Positions 55,934-63,804 of a stretch of DNA of 64,000 bases are shown piece by piece. Origin of the DNA: Candidatus Omnitrophota bacterium (GTDB lineage Bacteria > Omnitrophota > Gorgyraeia > 1-14-0-20-64-10); contig JACOVG010000024.1 of the NCBI GenBank assembly GCA_016177405.1, positions 7,079-71,078 of the forward strand. Direction: 5' to 3'. The notes under the pieces were generated by a model, which saw nothing but the letters and a program-made list of their open reading frames with translations, did no database searches and was not told the DNA's origin. Within the stretch, counting starts at the first letter, position 1, and each line of letters begins with the position of its first letter. Both the position numbers and the translations under genes were made by a program.

Positions 55934-56597
55934 AATTGCGGTCCAGATTCCGCAGGGAGTCCAGAGAAGGGCCACGTTGCTTGACCTGTTGGATCGGGTT
56001 TTGGGCAAGGGGGTGGTGGCCTACGGGGACATCGTGTTGTCCATTGCCGATCTGGATCTGGTGTATCTCAACCTGCGGGCGGTCCTTTCCTCCATCGGCG
56101 CGCTGGAGAGTAAAAACGGCGGATCGCGGTTCGTGGATGGCGGATCGAAGATTCCGGTTGTTTCCGATGGGGTCCCTGAACTTGCGGTGGAAGGCGAACG
56201 GAGGCAGACCCGTAGGTTTTTGGAGGAAGTCGAAACTCTAAGGGAGGCAGCCTCTCAACTCTTGCCGGCCGACGACACCCTTACAGACAGGCCTCTTTTG
56301 GGTGGAACATCTGCCCTCCCTGAAAGCCGCAAGGCAGGTAAGCTGGAGCTGAATCCGCAGAAAACGGCGCAGGGACTGGCGAAGCTGGCCATGACACTCA
56401 TCCATCTTCTGCGAAAGCTGATGGAACGGCAGGCCATTCGGCGAATGGAGGCGGGGACCCTTAACCCAGAGCAGTTGGAGCGGGCCGGTCAGGCCTTCCA
56501 GCAGTTGGACGATCAAATCAAAGAGCTTTGTAAGCAATTCGACCTCAAGGAGGAAGACCTGAATCTCGACCTTGGACCCTTGGGGAAGGTCGTTTAG
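55926..56597 (+). CDS. GvpJ-like (GvpA-fold) domain fused to GvpK
   Basis: The N-terminal LLDLLDRVLGKGVVAYGDIVLSIADLDLVYLNLRAVLSS is the GvpA/J fold. The C-terminal LAKLAMTLIHLLRKLMERQAIRRMEAGTLNPEQLERAG...DLNLDLGPLGKV matches the GvpK consensus. Confidence 0.7.
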   Translation: MTEIAVQIPQGVQRRATLLDLLDRVLGKGVVAYGDIVLSIADLDLVYLNLRAVLSSIGALESKNGGSRFVDGGSKIPVVSDGVPELAVEGERRQTRRFLEEVETLREAASQLLPADDTLTDRPLLGGTSALPESRKAGKLELNPQKTAQGLAKLAMTLIHLLRKLMERQAIRRMEAGTLNPEQLERAGQAFQQLDDQIKELCKQFDLKEEDLNLDLGPLGKVV

Positions 56598-56607
56598 GGA
56601 GGCACCT

Positions 56608-56925
56608 ATGGCAGAGCAAGAAGTGATCCATGCGTTGCAGCCGGCCGGCTTGGCCGACATCTTGGAGAGGGTCCTGGATAAAGGGGTCGTCATTGTCGGA
56701 GACATCAAGGTCAAGCTCGTTGATGTGGAGCTTCTGACCATCAAGATCCGGTTGCTCATCTCTTCGGTGGAACGGGCCAAAGAGATCGGGATCGACTGGT
56801 GGACATCCGATTTTGAGCTTTCCTCCAAGGCGAAACAACTCCATGAGGAGAACCGGCTGTTGCGGGATCGACTGGACCGGATTGAAGCAGCGCTTAAATC
56901 AACGGAAAGAAGGAAGGGCGGTTGA
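56608..56925 (+). CDS. GvpA-family minor gas vesicle protein (GvpJ/S/M-like)
   Basis: The segment LADILERVLDKGVVIVGDIKVKLVDVELLTIKIRLLISSVERAKEIGIDWW is the GvpA core fold. Confidence 0.7.
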   Translation: MAEQEVIHALQPAGLADILERVLDKGVVIVGDIKVKLVDVELLTIKIRLLISSVERAKEIGIDWWTSDFELSSKAKQLHEENRLLRDRLDRIEAALKSTERRKGG

Positions 56926-56954
56926 TCAAAAGTGAATGAGAGGAGGAAAAAACC

Positions 56955-57215
56955 ATGGCGGACATGATTGTGCTGGCGGAAAAAGCCAAGACAAAACTGG
57001 AGCGGGTGACAGGTCTGAAGGCCTCCAGTGTCATTGGGGTGGCCCAGGAGGAGGGGGGGCAATGGATGGTGACCCTGGAGTTGATCGAGAAAAAATCCAT
57101 TCCCGACTCCATGGACATCTTGGGTACGTATGAGGTCAAGATGGATGAAGCTGGCGACGTCCTCGACTTTGCGCGAACCAGGCTTCGCAAGCGGGGCGAT
57201 ACCATTGAGGCGTGA
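56955..57215 (+). CDS. GvpO-like gas vesicle protein
   Basis: The segment IPDSMDILGTYEVKMDEAGDVLDFARTRLRKRGD resembles the conserved GvpO C-terminal block. Confidence 0.5.
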   Translation: MADMIVLAEKAKTKLERVTGLKASSVIGVAQEEGGQWMVTLELIEKKSIPDSMDILGTYEVKMDEAGDVLDFARTRLRKRGDTIEA

Positions 57216-58150
57216 CGATGACCCAGACCAGTAACACAGAGTCCCAGAGCGTTCTCGAACCGATCGCTGATCCAGGTTTTGTTCTCACTCCCTATGTGAA
57301 ACAGTTGGCCGACTTTGCGTTGACGTATCTGAAGGCGGATCTACCGGTTCATTTCTCCGGTCCGGCCGGAACCGGCAAGACAGCGCTGGCCCTGTATGTG
57401 GCGGCTCAACGAAAGCGCCCCATTGTCCTGATGCACGGGGATGAGGAGTTCAAGACGGCTGACCTCGTGGGTGCCGAGTACGGCTTTCGGTTAAAAAGAA
57501 CACGAGATCAGTACATCCACTCCGTCACTAAGCTTGAGGAAGATGTGGTCAAGCGCTGGACGGACAATCGCCTGACCGTGGCCTGCAAGTACGGCTTTAC
57601 CCTCATTTACGATGAGTTTACCCGCTCTCGTCCGGAGGCCAACAATGTCTTGTTGGCCATCCTGGAGGAAAAGATGCTGGATTTGCCCCCGGCGGGCGGC
57701 GATGAGAATTACCTCCAGGTGCACCCGGAGTTCCGCGCGATCTTTGCCTCCAACCCCGCCGAGTATGCCGGTGTCTACACCGCTCAAGATGCCCTCCGGA
57801 ATCGCTTGGTGACCATTGATATGGGGTACTTCGATGAAGAAACCGAGGCGGCTATTGTCAAAAGCCGCGCGGGGATAACGGAGGCGGATGCGAAGAAAGT
57901 CGTGAAGCTCGTGCGGGCCTTCCGGAAGGAAGGGGAAGGAATCTACAAATATGCCCCAACGGTCCGAGAGGCAGTCAAGATTGCCCGGGCCCTGAAGGTG
58001 AGGAAGCTCAAGCCTTCCAAGAGGGATCCTTTTTTCCGCGTTGTTTGCCTCCATGTCTTGACGAACGAGGTGCATCCCGTGGATCTCAAGCAGACCAAGT
58101 CTACGAAGTGCGGGCAGCTTCTGTTCAAACTCATCAACCGATACGGGTAA
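57212..58150 (+). CDS. gvpN: Gas vesicle AAA+ ATPase GvpN (copy 2)
   Basis: The Walker A is GPAGTGKTA and the Walker B is LIYDEFTRSRPEANNVLLAILEE. This is a paralog of the 48078 copy. Confidence 0.85.
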   Translation: MTMTQTSNTESQSVLEPIADPGFVLTPYVKQLADFALTYLKADLPVHFSGPAGTGKTALALYVAAQRKRPIVLMHGDEEFKTADLVGAEYGFRLKRTRDQYIHSVTKLEEDVVKRWTDNRLTVACKYGFTLIYDEFTRSRPEANNVLLAILEEKMLDLPPAGGDENYLQVHPEFRAIFASNPAEYAGVYTAQDALRNRLVTIDMGYFDEETEAAIVKSRAGITEADAKKVVKLVRAFRKEGEGIYKYAPTVREAVKIARALKVRKLKPSKRDPFFRVVCLHVLTNEVHPVDLKQTKSTKCGQLLFKLINRYG

Positions 58151-58159
58151 GGGGAATCG

Positions 58160-58579
58160 ATGCGTTGGCGATCGGCGCGTTTAAGCCAGTACCTAAGCGA
58201 TGGGATTTTCTATAGGGAAGGGGTCGCCGTCCTCAAACGGGAAGAAGGACAAGCGACCATCCGTTGCGGCTTCTGCCAGGGAAACGGCCACTACTCCCGT
58301 GGGGCAACTTGTCCAAGCTGCAGCGGCCGAGGCACGCATGTGATGGTGGAACCTATTGTGCGCTGCGGTTACTGCCAAGGGGCAGGGAAGGCGGAGCTTC
58401 GCACCGGTACCACCTGTCCTTCTTGCCGCGGCCGAGGGGCCCACGCGGTGGTTGAGCCATTCGTCACTTGCTCAACTTGCCATGGGAATGGCCGCAAAGA
58501 CAGGAGCCGGCTTTCTTGCCATAGCTGTTCCGGCAAGGGGGTTGTCGCTGGTGTCGATGGCGAGAAAATAGGAGGCTGA
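58160..58579 (+). CDS. DnaJ-type zinc-finger repeat protein (six CxxCxGxG motifs)
   Basis: The six motifs are CGFCQGNG, CPSCSGRG, CGYCQGAG, CPSCRGRG, CSTCHGNG and CHSCSGKG. Confidence 0.6.
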   Translation: MRWRSARLSQYLSDGIFYREGVAVLKREEGQATIRCGFCQGNGHYSRGATCPSCSGRGTHVMVEPIVRCGYCQGAGKAELRTGTTCPSCRGRGAHAVVEPFVTCSTCHGNGRKDRSRLSCHSCSGKGVVAGVDGEKIGG

Positions 58580-58591
58580 AGAAGGAGGGTA

Positions 58592-58858
58592 TTGATGGAA
58601 AGCCAAGATCGAACGATTCCTTGCCCCATCTGTCAGAGGGCGAATCCTTTCTTTGACTCGCTGAATAGGCAAATCAATCAGACCAGGGCTGTCACGGATA
58701 AGGTTTACTTTGCCAGAAAACTCCTGGCGAAGGCGGAGGATGTTTTGGAGGAGCATGGCCAGGCGGGCGATCCCGCTGGAAAAGCTTGCCGAGCCGTTTT
58801 GAATCTTCGGAAACAGGCCGCCGAACTGATCCTAAAAGCCCAGAAGCTGGCCGATTAG
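58592..58858 (+). CDS. Small hypothetical protein (88 aa) with CPIC motif
   Basis: The ORF has a good coding pattern. No known domain was recognised. Confidence 0.3.
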   Translation: MMESQDRTIPCPICQRANPFFDSLNRQINQTRAVTDKVYFARKLLAKAEDVLEEHGQAGDPAGKACRAVLNLRKQAAELILKAQKLAD

Positions 58859-58950
58859 GTGACCCCACCACCTCATTCAATGAAACTCCGTTTCATGTTT
58901 CCTTCGGAAACATTTCGCTGCCGAAGGCAGCGAAAGAAGGAGGTGGTGGG

Positions 58951-59337
58951 GTGAGAGGCCTCCTCGTTCGGTGGGGAGTTAATTCCTTGGCCCTTCTTAT
59001 TGTCGTCCACACGGTCCGGGGAATCGAAGTCGCAAATCCCGTTGCGGTTGTCGTGGCGGCGCTTTTTCTGGGCATCCTCAACGCCTTCCTTCGGCCCGCC
59101 TTGATCCTGGTGACACTGCCGCTCAACCTCATTACGTTGGGCCTGTTCACCTTCCTCATCAACGGCTTTCTTCTCTGGCTGGTAGGGCAGGTGATCAAGG
59201 GCTTCACCGTGACGGGGTTCTGGCCGGCCGTGGCGGGATCGTTCCTCTTCAGCCTCATGAGCTTTCTGATCAGCATCCTGATCGACAAGAAGGGACGCCT
59301 TCAGGTCACCATCACGGAGCGGCAAGCCCCAGATTGA
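58951..59337 (+). CDS. Small polytopic membrane protein (DUF360/YvlD-like candidate)
   Basis: The GTG start has the RBS AAGGAGG 7 nt upstream. The protein has four TM segments (LALLIVVHTV..., AALFLGILNAFL..., ...). Confidence 0.5.
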   Translation: MRGLLVRWGVNSLALLIVVHTVRGIEVANPVAVVVAALFLGILNAFLRPALILVTLPLNLITLGLFTFLINGFLLWLVGQVIKGFTVTGFWPAVAGSFLFSLMSFLISILIDKKGRLQVTITERQAPD

Positions 59338-59375
59338 GGATTGATTTCAGAAGCGCGAGTTCAAACCTTCCCCAC

Positions 59376-60734
59376 CTACCTCCTCAAGTGAGCCGGCAGG
59401 GTCTTAAGTTCCTCCCTGTATTTTGACACGGTCCGCCGGGCCACGGCGATCCCTTCCGCCTTCAGTTTCTCCGAGATCCCTTGATCTGTAAGCGGTTTCA
59501 AAGGATTCTCCTGCATAAGGACTTGCCGGACCTTCTCTTTGAGCTGGGACCTAAGGAACTCTTCTCCGCTTGCCGTCGAAACCTTCTTCGCGAACAGATC
59601 CTTTATGAGATGCAGCCCCCAAGGGGTTGCGATGTACTTTTCCGCGATCGCCCGGCTGACGGTCGATTCGTGGCAGCCCACCTTCCGGGCAAGTTCCTTG
59701 GCGGTCAGGGGCTTGAGGTATTCAGGGCCTTTCTCGAAAAACTCGGTCTGCTCCTTGAGGAGCGCTTCCGCGATCTTTTCCATGGTACGCCGTCGATCTT
59801 CAAGCGCTTTGACAAGCCCCAGGGCTTCTTGAAGCTTCTCCTTAAGCTTATCTGAAAGGGCGTCTTTTGTCTTTGGGCGCAGCAGCGATCGGTAATCGGT
59901 GCGAACCTTCAGCTTCGGCAGATAGCCATTCATGCACTCCACCTCAAATCGGTTGCCCGCCTTCTCCACGGACAGATCTGGCACCATCGGTTGCGCCGAG
60001 GTTCCGAACGCGCTTCCCGGCTTGGGGTCAAGCGTGCGGATCTCCTTCACCGCTTTCTGGATCAAATCCGCCGGTGCCTTGAGGCGCTTCGCGATTCGAT
60101 CAAAGCGATGCCCCGCCAGATCCTCGAAGTGATGGCCCACCAATTTCCAGGGCAGACTCCCTTCGCGCCCTTTTCTCTTCAGTTGGATCATGAGGCATTC
60201 CTGTAAATTCCGGGCCCCGACCCCAACCGGTTCGAGGGATTGGATAACCGCGAGCACCCGCGAGGCTTTTTCTTCTTTGATCCCAAGCTCCCGGGCGATT
60301 TCCCCGATGGAACTGGTCAGGTATCCATGGGTGTTAAGGTTCCCTATGATGATTTCACCGATTTGGAGTTCTTCAGGCGAGGAAATGCTTAGTTGAAGCT
60401 GTCTGGATAGTTCCTCGCGAAGGGAAGCTGGAGGGGCGGCTAAGGTAAGAAGATAATCGCGGCGTTCCTGGAGCGTTTCCGCAGCGGAGGGATCGGTTTC
60501 CCCTTGAATCCAGTCGTCCAGGGTGTCACCGAAGGGTTCCGCCATTTGCTCTAAAGAGAGTTCTCGTTCCGGAGACCCTTCGGCCTCCAGGAACGGATTC
60601 TCCGTCAAGACTTGGTCGATGAAGCCTTTGAGTTCCAGGATCGGTTTTTGGAGGATGGCGAGGGACAACTTGAGCTGCGGCGTCACCCGCAACTGTACGG
60701 AAGGTTTAACTTGAAGTTGGAGCCTTGGCTCCAT
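59376..60734 (-). CDS. rpoN: RNA polymerase sigma-54 factor
   Basis: The start was set at the internal Met (MEPRLQLQVKPSVQLRVTPQLKLSLAILQKP). The C-terminal RpoN box ARRTVSKYRE and the HTH are present. Upstream codons of ORF 59376..61637 are antisense to tkt. Confidence 0.92.
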   Translation of the reverse strand: MEPRLQLQVKPSVQLRVTPQLKLSLAILQKPILELKGFIDQVLTENPFLEAEGSPERELSLEQMAEPFGDTLDDWIQGETDPSAAETLQERRDYLLTLAAPPASLREELSRQLQLSISSPEELQIGEIIIGNLNTHGYLTSSIGEIARELGIKEEKASRVLAVIQSLEPVGVGARNLQECLMIQLKRKGREGSLPWKLVGHHFEDLAGHRFDRIAKRLKAPADLIQKAVKEIRTLDPKPGSAFGTSAQPMVPDLSVEKAGNRFEVECMNGYLPKLKVRTDYRSLLRPKTKDALSDKLKEKLQEALGLVKALEDRRRTMEKIAEALLKEQTEFFEKGPEYLKPLTAKELARKVGCHESTVSRAIAEKYIATPWGLHLIKDLFAKKVSTASGEEFLRSQLKEKVRQVLMQENPLKPLTDQGISEKLKAEGIAVARRTVSKYREELKTLPAHLRR

Positions 60735-60809
60735 TACAACCTCCAACGCTCTCCATACCAAAGTATACCACCCCTCACAGGTGAAAGGCACTCTTAAGGC
60801 TGCGTGGCA

Positions 60810-60875
60810 GCCCGCAACAGAAGGGAATTGACCGGCCTGAAAAAAATCGGTATCATCAAACTCATCATGCCGTTT
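60810..60875 (+). repeat. Direct repeat copy 2, the native tkt promoter (TTGACC 60828-33, TATCAT 60851-56) and start
   Basis: This stretch is identical to 41460-41525. It is followed by the intact transketolase N-terminal subunit gene. Confidence 0.75.
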
Positions 60876-61751
60876 GTGCCGCTTACCCTGCCTGAACTGC
60901 CCCGCATGGCCCTGGCGATCCGCAAGGAGGTCATCCGGATGCTGGGCCGTTCCGGTTCCGGCCATCCGGGGGGTTCCCTCTCCGAGGCCGACCTGCTGAC
61001 GTGCCTTTTCTTCCACCTGATGCGCCACGACCCGGCCAACCCTTCCTGGGAGGAGCGGGACCGCTTTGTCTTGAGCAAGGGCCATGGCTGTCCGGGCGTT
61101 TACGCGGCGATGGCCTTGGCCGGCTACTTTCCCAAGGAGGAGCTTCTGACCCTGCGCAGGCTGGGCTCCCGCCTGCAGGGCCACCCGGACACCCGGTTCC
61201 TGCCGATGCTGGAGGCCTGCACCGGATCGCTGGGGCAGGGGCTTTCCATCTCCTGCGGGATTGCCCTGGCCGCCAAGATGGACCGGAAGGATCACCGGGT
61301 CTACTGCCTGATGAGCGATGGAGAGACCCAGGAGGGACAGACCTGGGAGGCGGCGGCCTTTGCCGGCTTTCATGGCTTGGACCGGCTGATCGCCTTGGTG
61401 GACTACAACAAGTTTCAGTTGGACGGCAAGGTGGCCGACATCATGGACCTGGAGCCCCTGGCCAAGAAGTGGGAGTCGTTCCGCTGGCACGCGCAGGAGA
61501 TTGACGGGCACGACATCCTCAAGATTGTCCAGGCGGTCCGGCAGGCCCAGGCGGCGCCGGGCAAGCCCCATGTGATTTTGGCCCACACGGTGAAGGGCAA
61601 GGGGGTTTCCTTCATGGAGCACAACAACTACTTCCACGGCGTCACCCCGACGGCCGAGGAAACCGAGGCCGCCCTGAAGGAGCTGGACGGAGACCCCTCC
61701 CTCTCGAAGGCGCTCGTCGCCGCCGGCAAGATCAAAATGGGCGGCAAATGA
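60867..61751 (+). CDS. tkt: Transketolase, N-terminal (TPP-binding) subunit
   Basis: The motifs GHPGGSLSEADLL, DRFVLSKGHG and the TPP-binding GDG...N are present. This is the split-tkt arrangement. Confidence 0.9.
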   Translation: MPFVPLTLPELPRMALAIRKEVIRMLGRSGSGHPGGSLSEADLLTCLFFHLMRHDPANPSWEERDRFVLSKGHGCPGVYAAMALAGYFPKEELLTLRRLGSRLQGHPDTRFLPMLEACTGSLGQGLSISCGIALAAKMDRKDHRVYCLMSDGETQEGQTWEAAAFAGFHGLDRLIALVDYNKFQLDGKVADIMDLEPLAKKWESFRWHAQEIDGHDILKIVQAVRQAQAAPGKPHVILAHTVKGKGVSFMEHNNYFHGVTPTAEETEAALKELDGDPSLSKALVAAGKIKMGGK

Positions 61752-62716
61752 CCCCGAGGCTTGGACTGGCCACCCGGGACGCCTACGGCCAGGCCCTGCT
61801 GGAGCTGGGCAGGGAAGACCCCCGCGTGGTGGTGCTGGACGCCGACCTCTCTGTTTCGACCAAGACGAACCTTTTCGCCAAGGAGTTCCCGGACCGCTTC
61901 CTGAACGTCGGCATCGCCGAGGCCAACCTGGTGGGCTTGGCCGGCGGCCTGGCCCATTCCGGAAAGATCCCCTTCATCTCCAGCTTTGCCTGCTTCATGA
62001 TCTGCAAGGGCTACGACCAGCTCCGGATGGCGGTGGCGGTGCCGCGCGCCAACGTGAAGGTGGTGGCTTCCCACGGCGGCATCAGCGTGGGAGAGGACGG
62101 CGCCTCCCAGCAGTCGGTGGAGGACATCGCCCTGGCCGCCTCCTTGCCCGGCTTCACGGTGATCGTCCCGGCCGACGAGCATGCCACCCGCGCCCTGGTG
62201 AAGGCCGCCGCCCGCATGAATGGGCCGGTTTACCTGCGCACCGGGCGGCCCAAGGCGCCCCTGGTGTATGAGGCGGATTCTTCCTTTGCCATCGGCAAGG
62301 GAGTCCTATTAAGGGAAGGCAAGGACGTGACCCTCGCGGCCAACGGGCTGTTGGTGGGCGCGGCGCTGGCCGCGGCCGAAGCCCTGGCGGCCGATGGGAT
62401 CTCGGCGGCGGTGGTGGATCTGCACACCGTCAAACCCCTGGATGAGGAGCTGATCGAGCGGCAGGCGAAGGCCACCGGCGCCATCGTGACGGCCGAGGAG
62501 CATCAGGTCTGGGGAGGCCTGGGCGCGGCGGTTTCGCAGGCCGTGGCGAGGCGCCATCCGGTGCCGATGGAGTTTGTGGCGATCCAGGACACCTATGCCG
62601 AGTCGGGCAAGCCGGAGGAGCTGATGGAGAAGTATGGGCTGACCGCCTCCGGCATTGTTCAGGCCGCCCGGCGCGTGCTGAAGAGAAAACGAGATCCCTC
62701 GCTTCGCTCGGGATGA
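61748..62716 (+). CDS. tkt: Transketolase, C-terminal (pyrimidine-binding) subunit
   Basis: The motifs FLNVGIAEANLVGLAGGLA and ASHGGISVGEDGASQQ are present. The gene overlaps the N-terminal subunit gene by 4 bp. Confidence 0.9.
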   Translation: MTPRLGLATRDAYGQALLELGREDPRVVVLDADLSVSTKTNLFAKEFPDRFLNVGIAEANLVGLAGGLAHSGKIPFISSFACFMICKGYDQLRMAVAVPRANVKVVASHGGISVGEDGASQQSVEDIALAASLPGFTVIVPADEHATRALVKAAARMNGPVYLRTGRPKAPLVYEADSSFAIGKGVLLREGKDVTLAANGLLVGAALAAAEALAADGISAAVVDLHTVKPLDEELIERQAKATGAIVTAEEHQVWGGLGAAVSQAVARRHPVPMEFVAIQDTYAESGKPEELMEKYGLTASGIVQAARRVLKRKRDPSLRSG

Positions 62717-62743
62717 CGGAAGTTGGCTCGGGATGACGGAGTC

Positions 62744-63388
62744 ATGAGCATCTACCTCCGGCAGATTGAGCTGGGACCCCTGCAAAATTTCGTCTACCTG
62801 ATTGGCTGTTTGGAAACCCACCAGGCCGCTGTAGTGGATCCGGGCTGGGACGTGCCGAAGATCCTGGAGACGGCCAAGCAGGATGAGATGCGGATCACCC
62901 AGATCATCGTGACCCACACCCACTTCGACCACGTGAACGGGGTGGGGGAGCTGGTGGCCGCCACCGATGCCCAGGTGCTGGTCCACAAGAAGGAGACGGG
63001 CCAGCTTCCGGTGGAGCCGTCCAACTTGAAAACCGTGGAGGGGGGCAGCGAGATCCAGGTGGGGAAGGTGACCCTCTCGTTTTTGCACACGCCGGGGCAC
63101 ACCCCGGGCTCGCAGTGCATCACCGCGGGCGACTGCCTGGTGAGCGGCGACACCCTTTTCGTGGGCGGCTGCGGCCGCTGTGACCTGCCGGGGGGCGACC
63201 CGGAGGAGCTCTTTAAGAGCTTGACCCGGTTGAGCCGCCTGGACGACCGGATGGTGGTCCATCCCGGGCACAACTACGCCGCCAGCGCCACCTCCACCTT
63301 GAGCCAGGAAAAAGGATACAACCCTTTTCTGAAGGCTCAAAGCCTGGACGGTTTCTTAAACCTGGTGGGGGCCATCCGGAGGGGATAG
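62744..63388 (+). CDS. MBL-fold metallo-hydrolase (glyoxalase II-like)
   Basis: The metal-binding motifs THTHFDHVNG and HTPGHTPGS are present. Confidence 0.75.
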   Translation: MSIYLRQIELGPLQNFVYLIGCLETHQAAVVDPGWDVPKILETAKQDEMRITQIIVTHTHFDHVNGVGELVAATDAQVLVHKKETGQLPVEPSNLKTVEGGSEIQVGKVTLSFLHTPGHTPGSQCITAGDCLVSGDTLFVGGCGRCDLPGGDPEELFKSLTRLSRLDDRMVVHPGHNYAASATSTLSQEKGYNPFLKAQSLDGFLNLVGAIRRG

Positions 63389-63396
63389 GCGGCAGG

Positions 63397-63804
63397 GTGG
63401 ACAAGGTCTTGATTGAAGGTCTGCGCTGTTTGGCCCATGTGGGGGTCGGCGAGGCGGAGCGCCGCAAACGGCAGAAGATCCTGGTGGACCTGGAGATGGA
63501 GCTTGATTTAAAGCGGGCCGGCCGGTCGGATGAGGTGAAGGCCACGGTGGACTACCTGGCGGCGGCCAACGAAACGCGCGGGATCATCCGGCGGCGCTCC
63601 TTCAAGCTGGCGGAGGCTCTGGCCGAGGCGGTGGCCCAGGGGCTCCTGAAGCGTTTTCAGCCGAGGCAGGTTCGGGTGCGGGTGAGAAAATTCTCCGTGC
63701 CCGGAGCGGCCAGCGTGGGCGTAGTTATCCACAGGAGGGGTCTGACCCCTCCTGTTGATAAGTCGCGAACGACGTGGGGGTTTCCCAGAGGCGGACCGAG
63801 GTGA
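63397..63804 (+). CDS. folB: Dihydroneopterin aldolase
   Basis: The FolB-like N-terminus reads IEGLRCLAHVGVGEAERRKRQKILVDLEMELDL...TVDY. Confidence 0.8.
   Translation: MDKVLIEGLRCLAHVGVGEAERRKRQKILVDLEMELDLKRAGRSDEVKATVDYLAAANETRGIIRRRSFKLAEALAEAVAQGLLKRFQPRQVRVRVRKFSVPGAASVGVVIHRRGLTPPVDKSRTTWGFPRGGPR

Noticed and set aside
46244-58150. The gas-vesicle cluster was considered as itself the novel system.
   Set aside because: gvpA, N, F/L, G, J, K and O are well-known components. The novelty lies in the regulatory and chaperone add-ons and the flanking repeats, which are reported separately.
59376-61637. A 753-aa minus-strand ORF was listed.
   Set aside because: Only the C-terminal 452 aa are RpoN. 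Upstream codons are antisense to tkt and include sequence from the 65-bp repeat.
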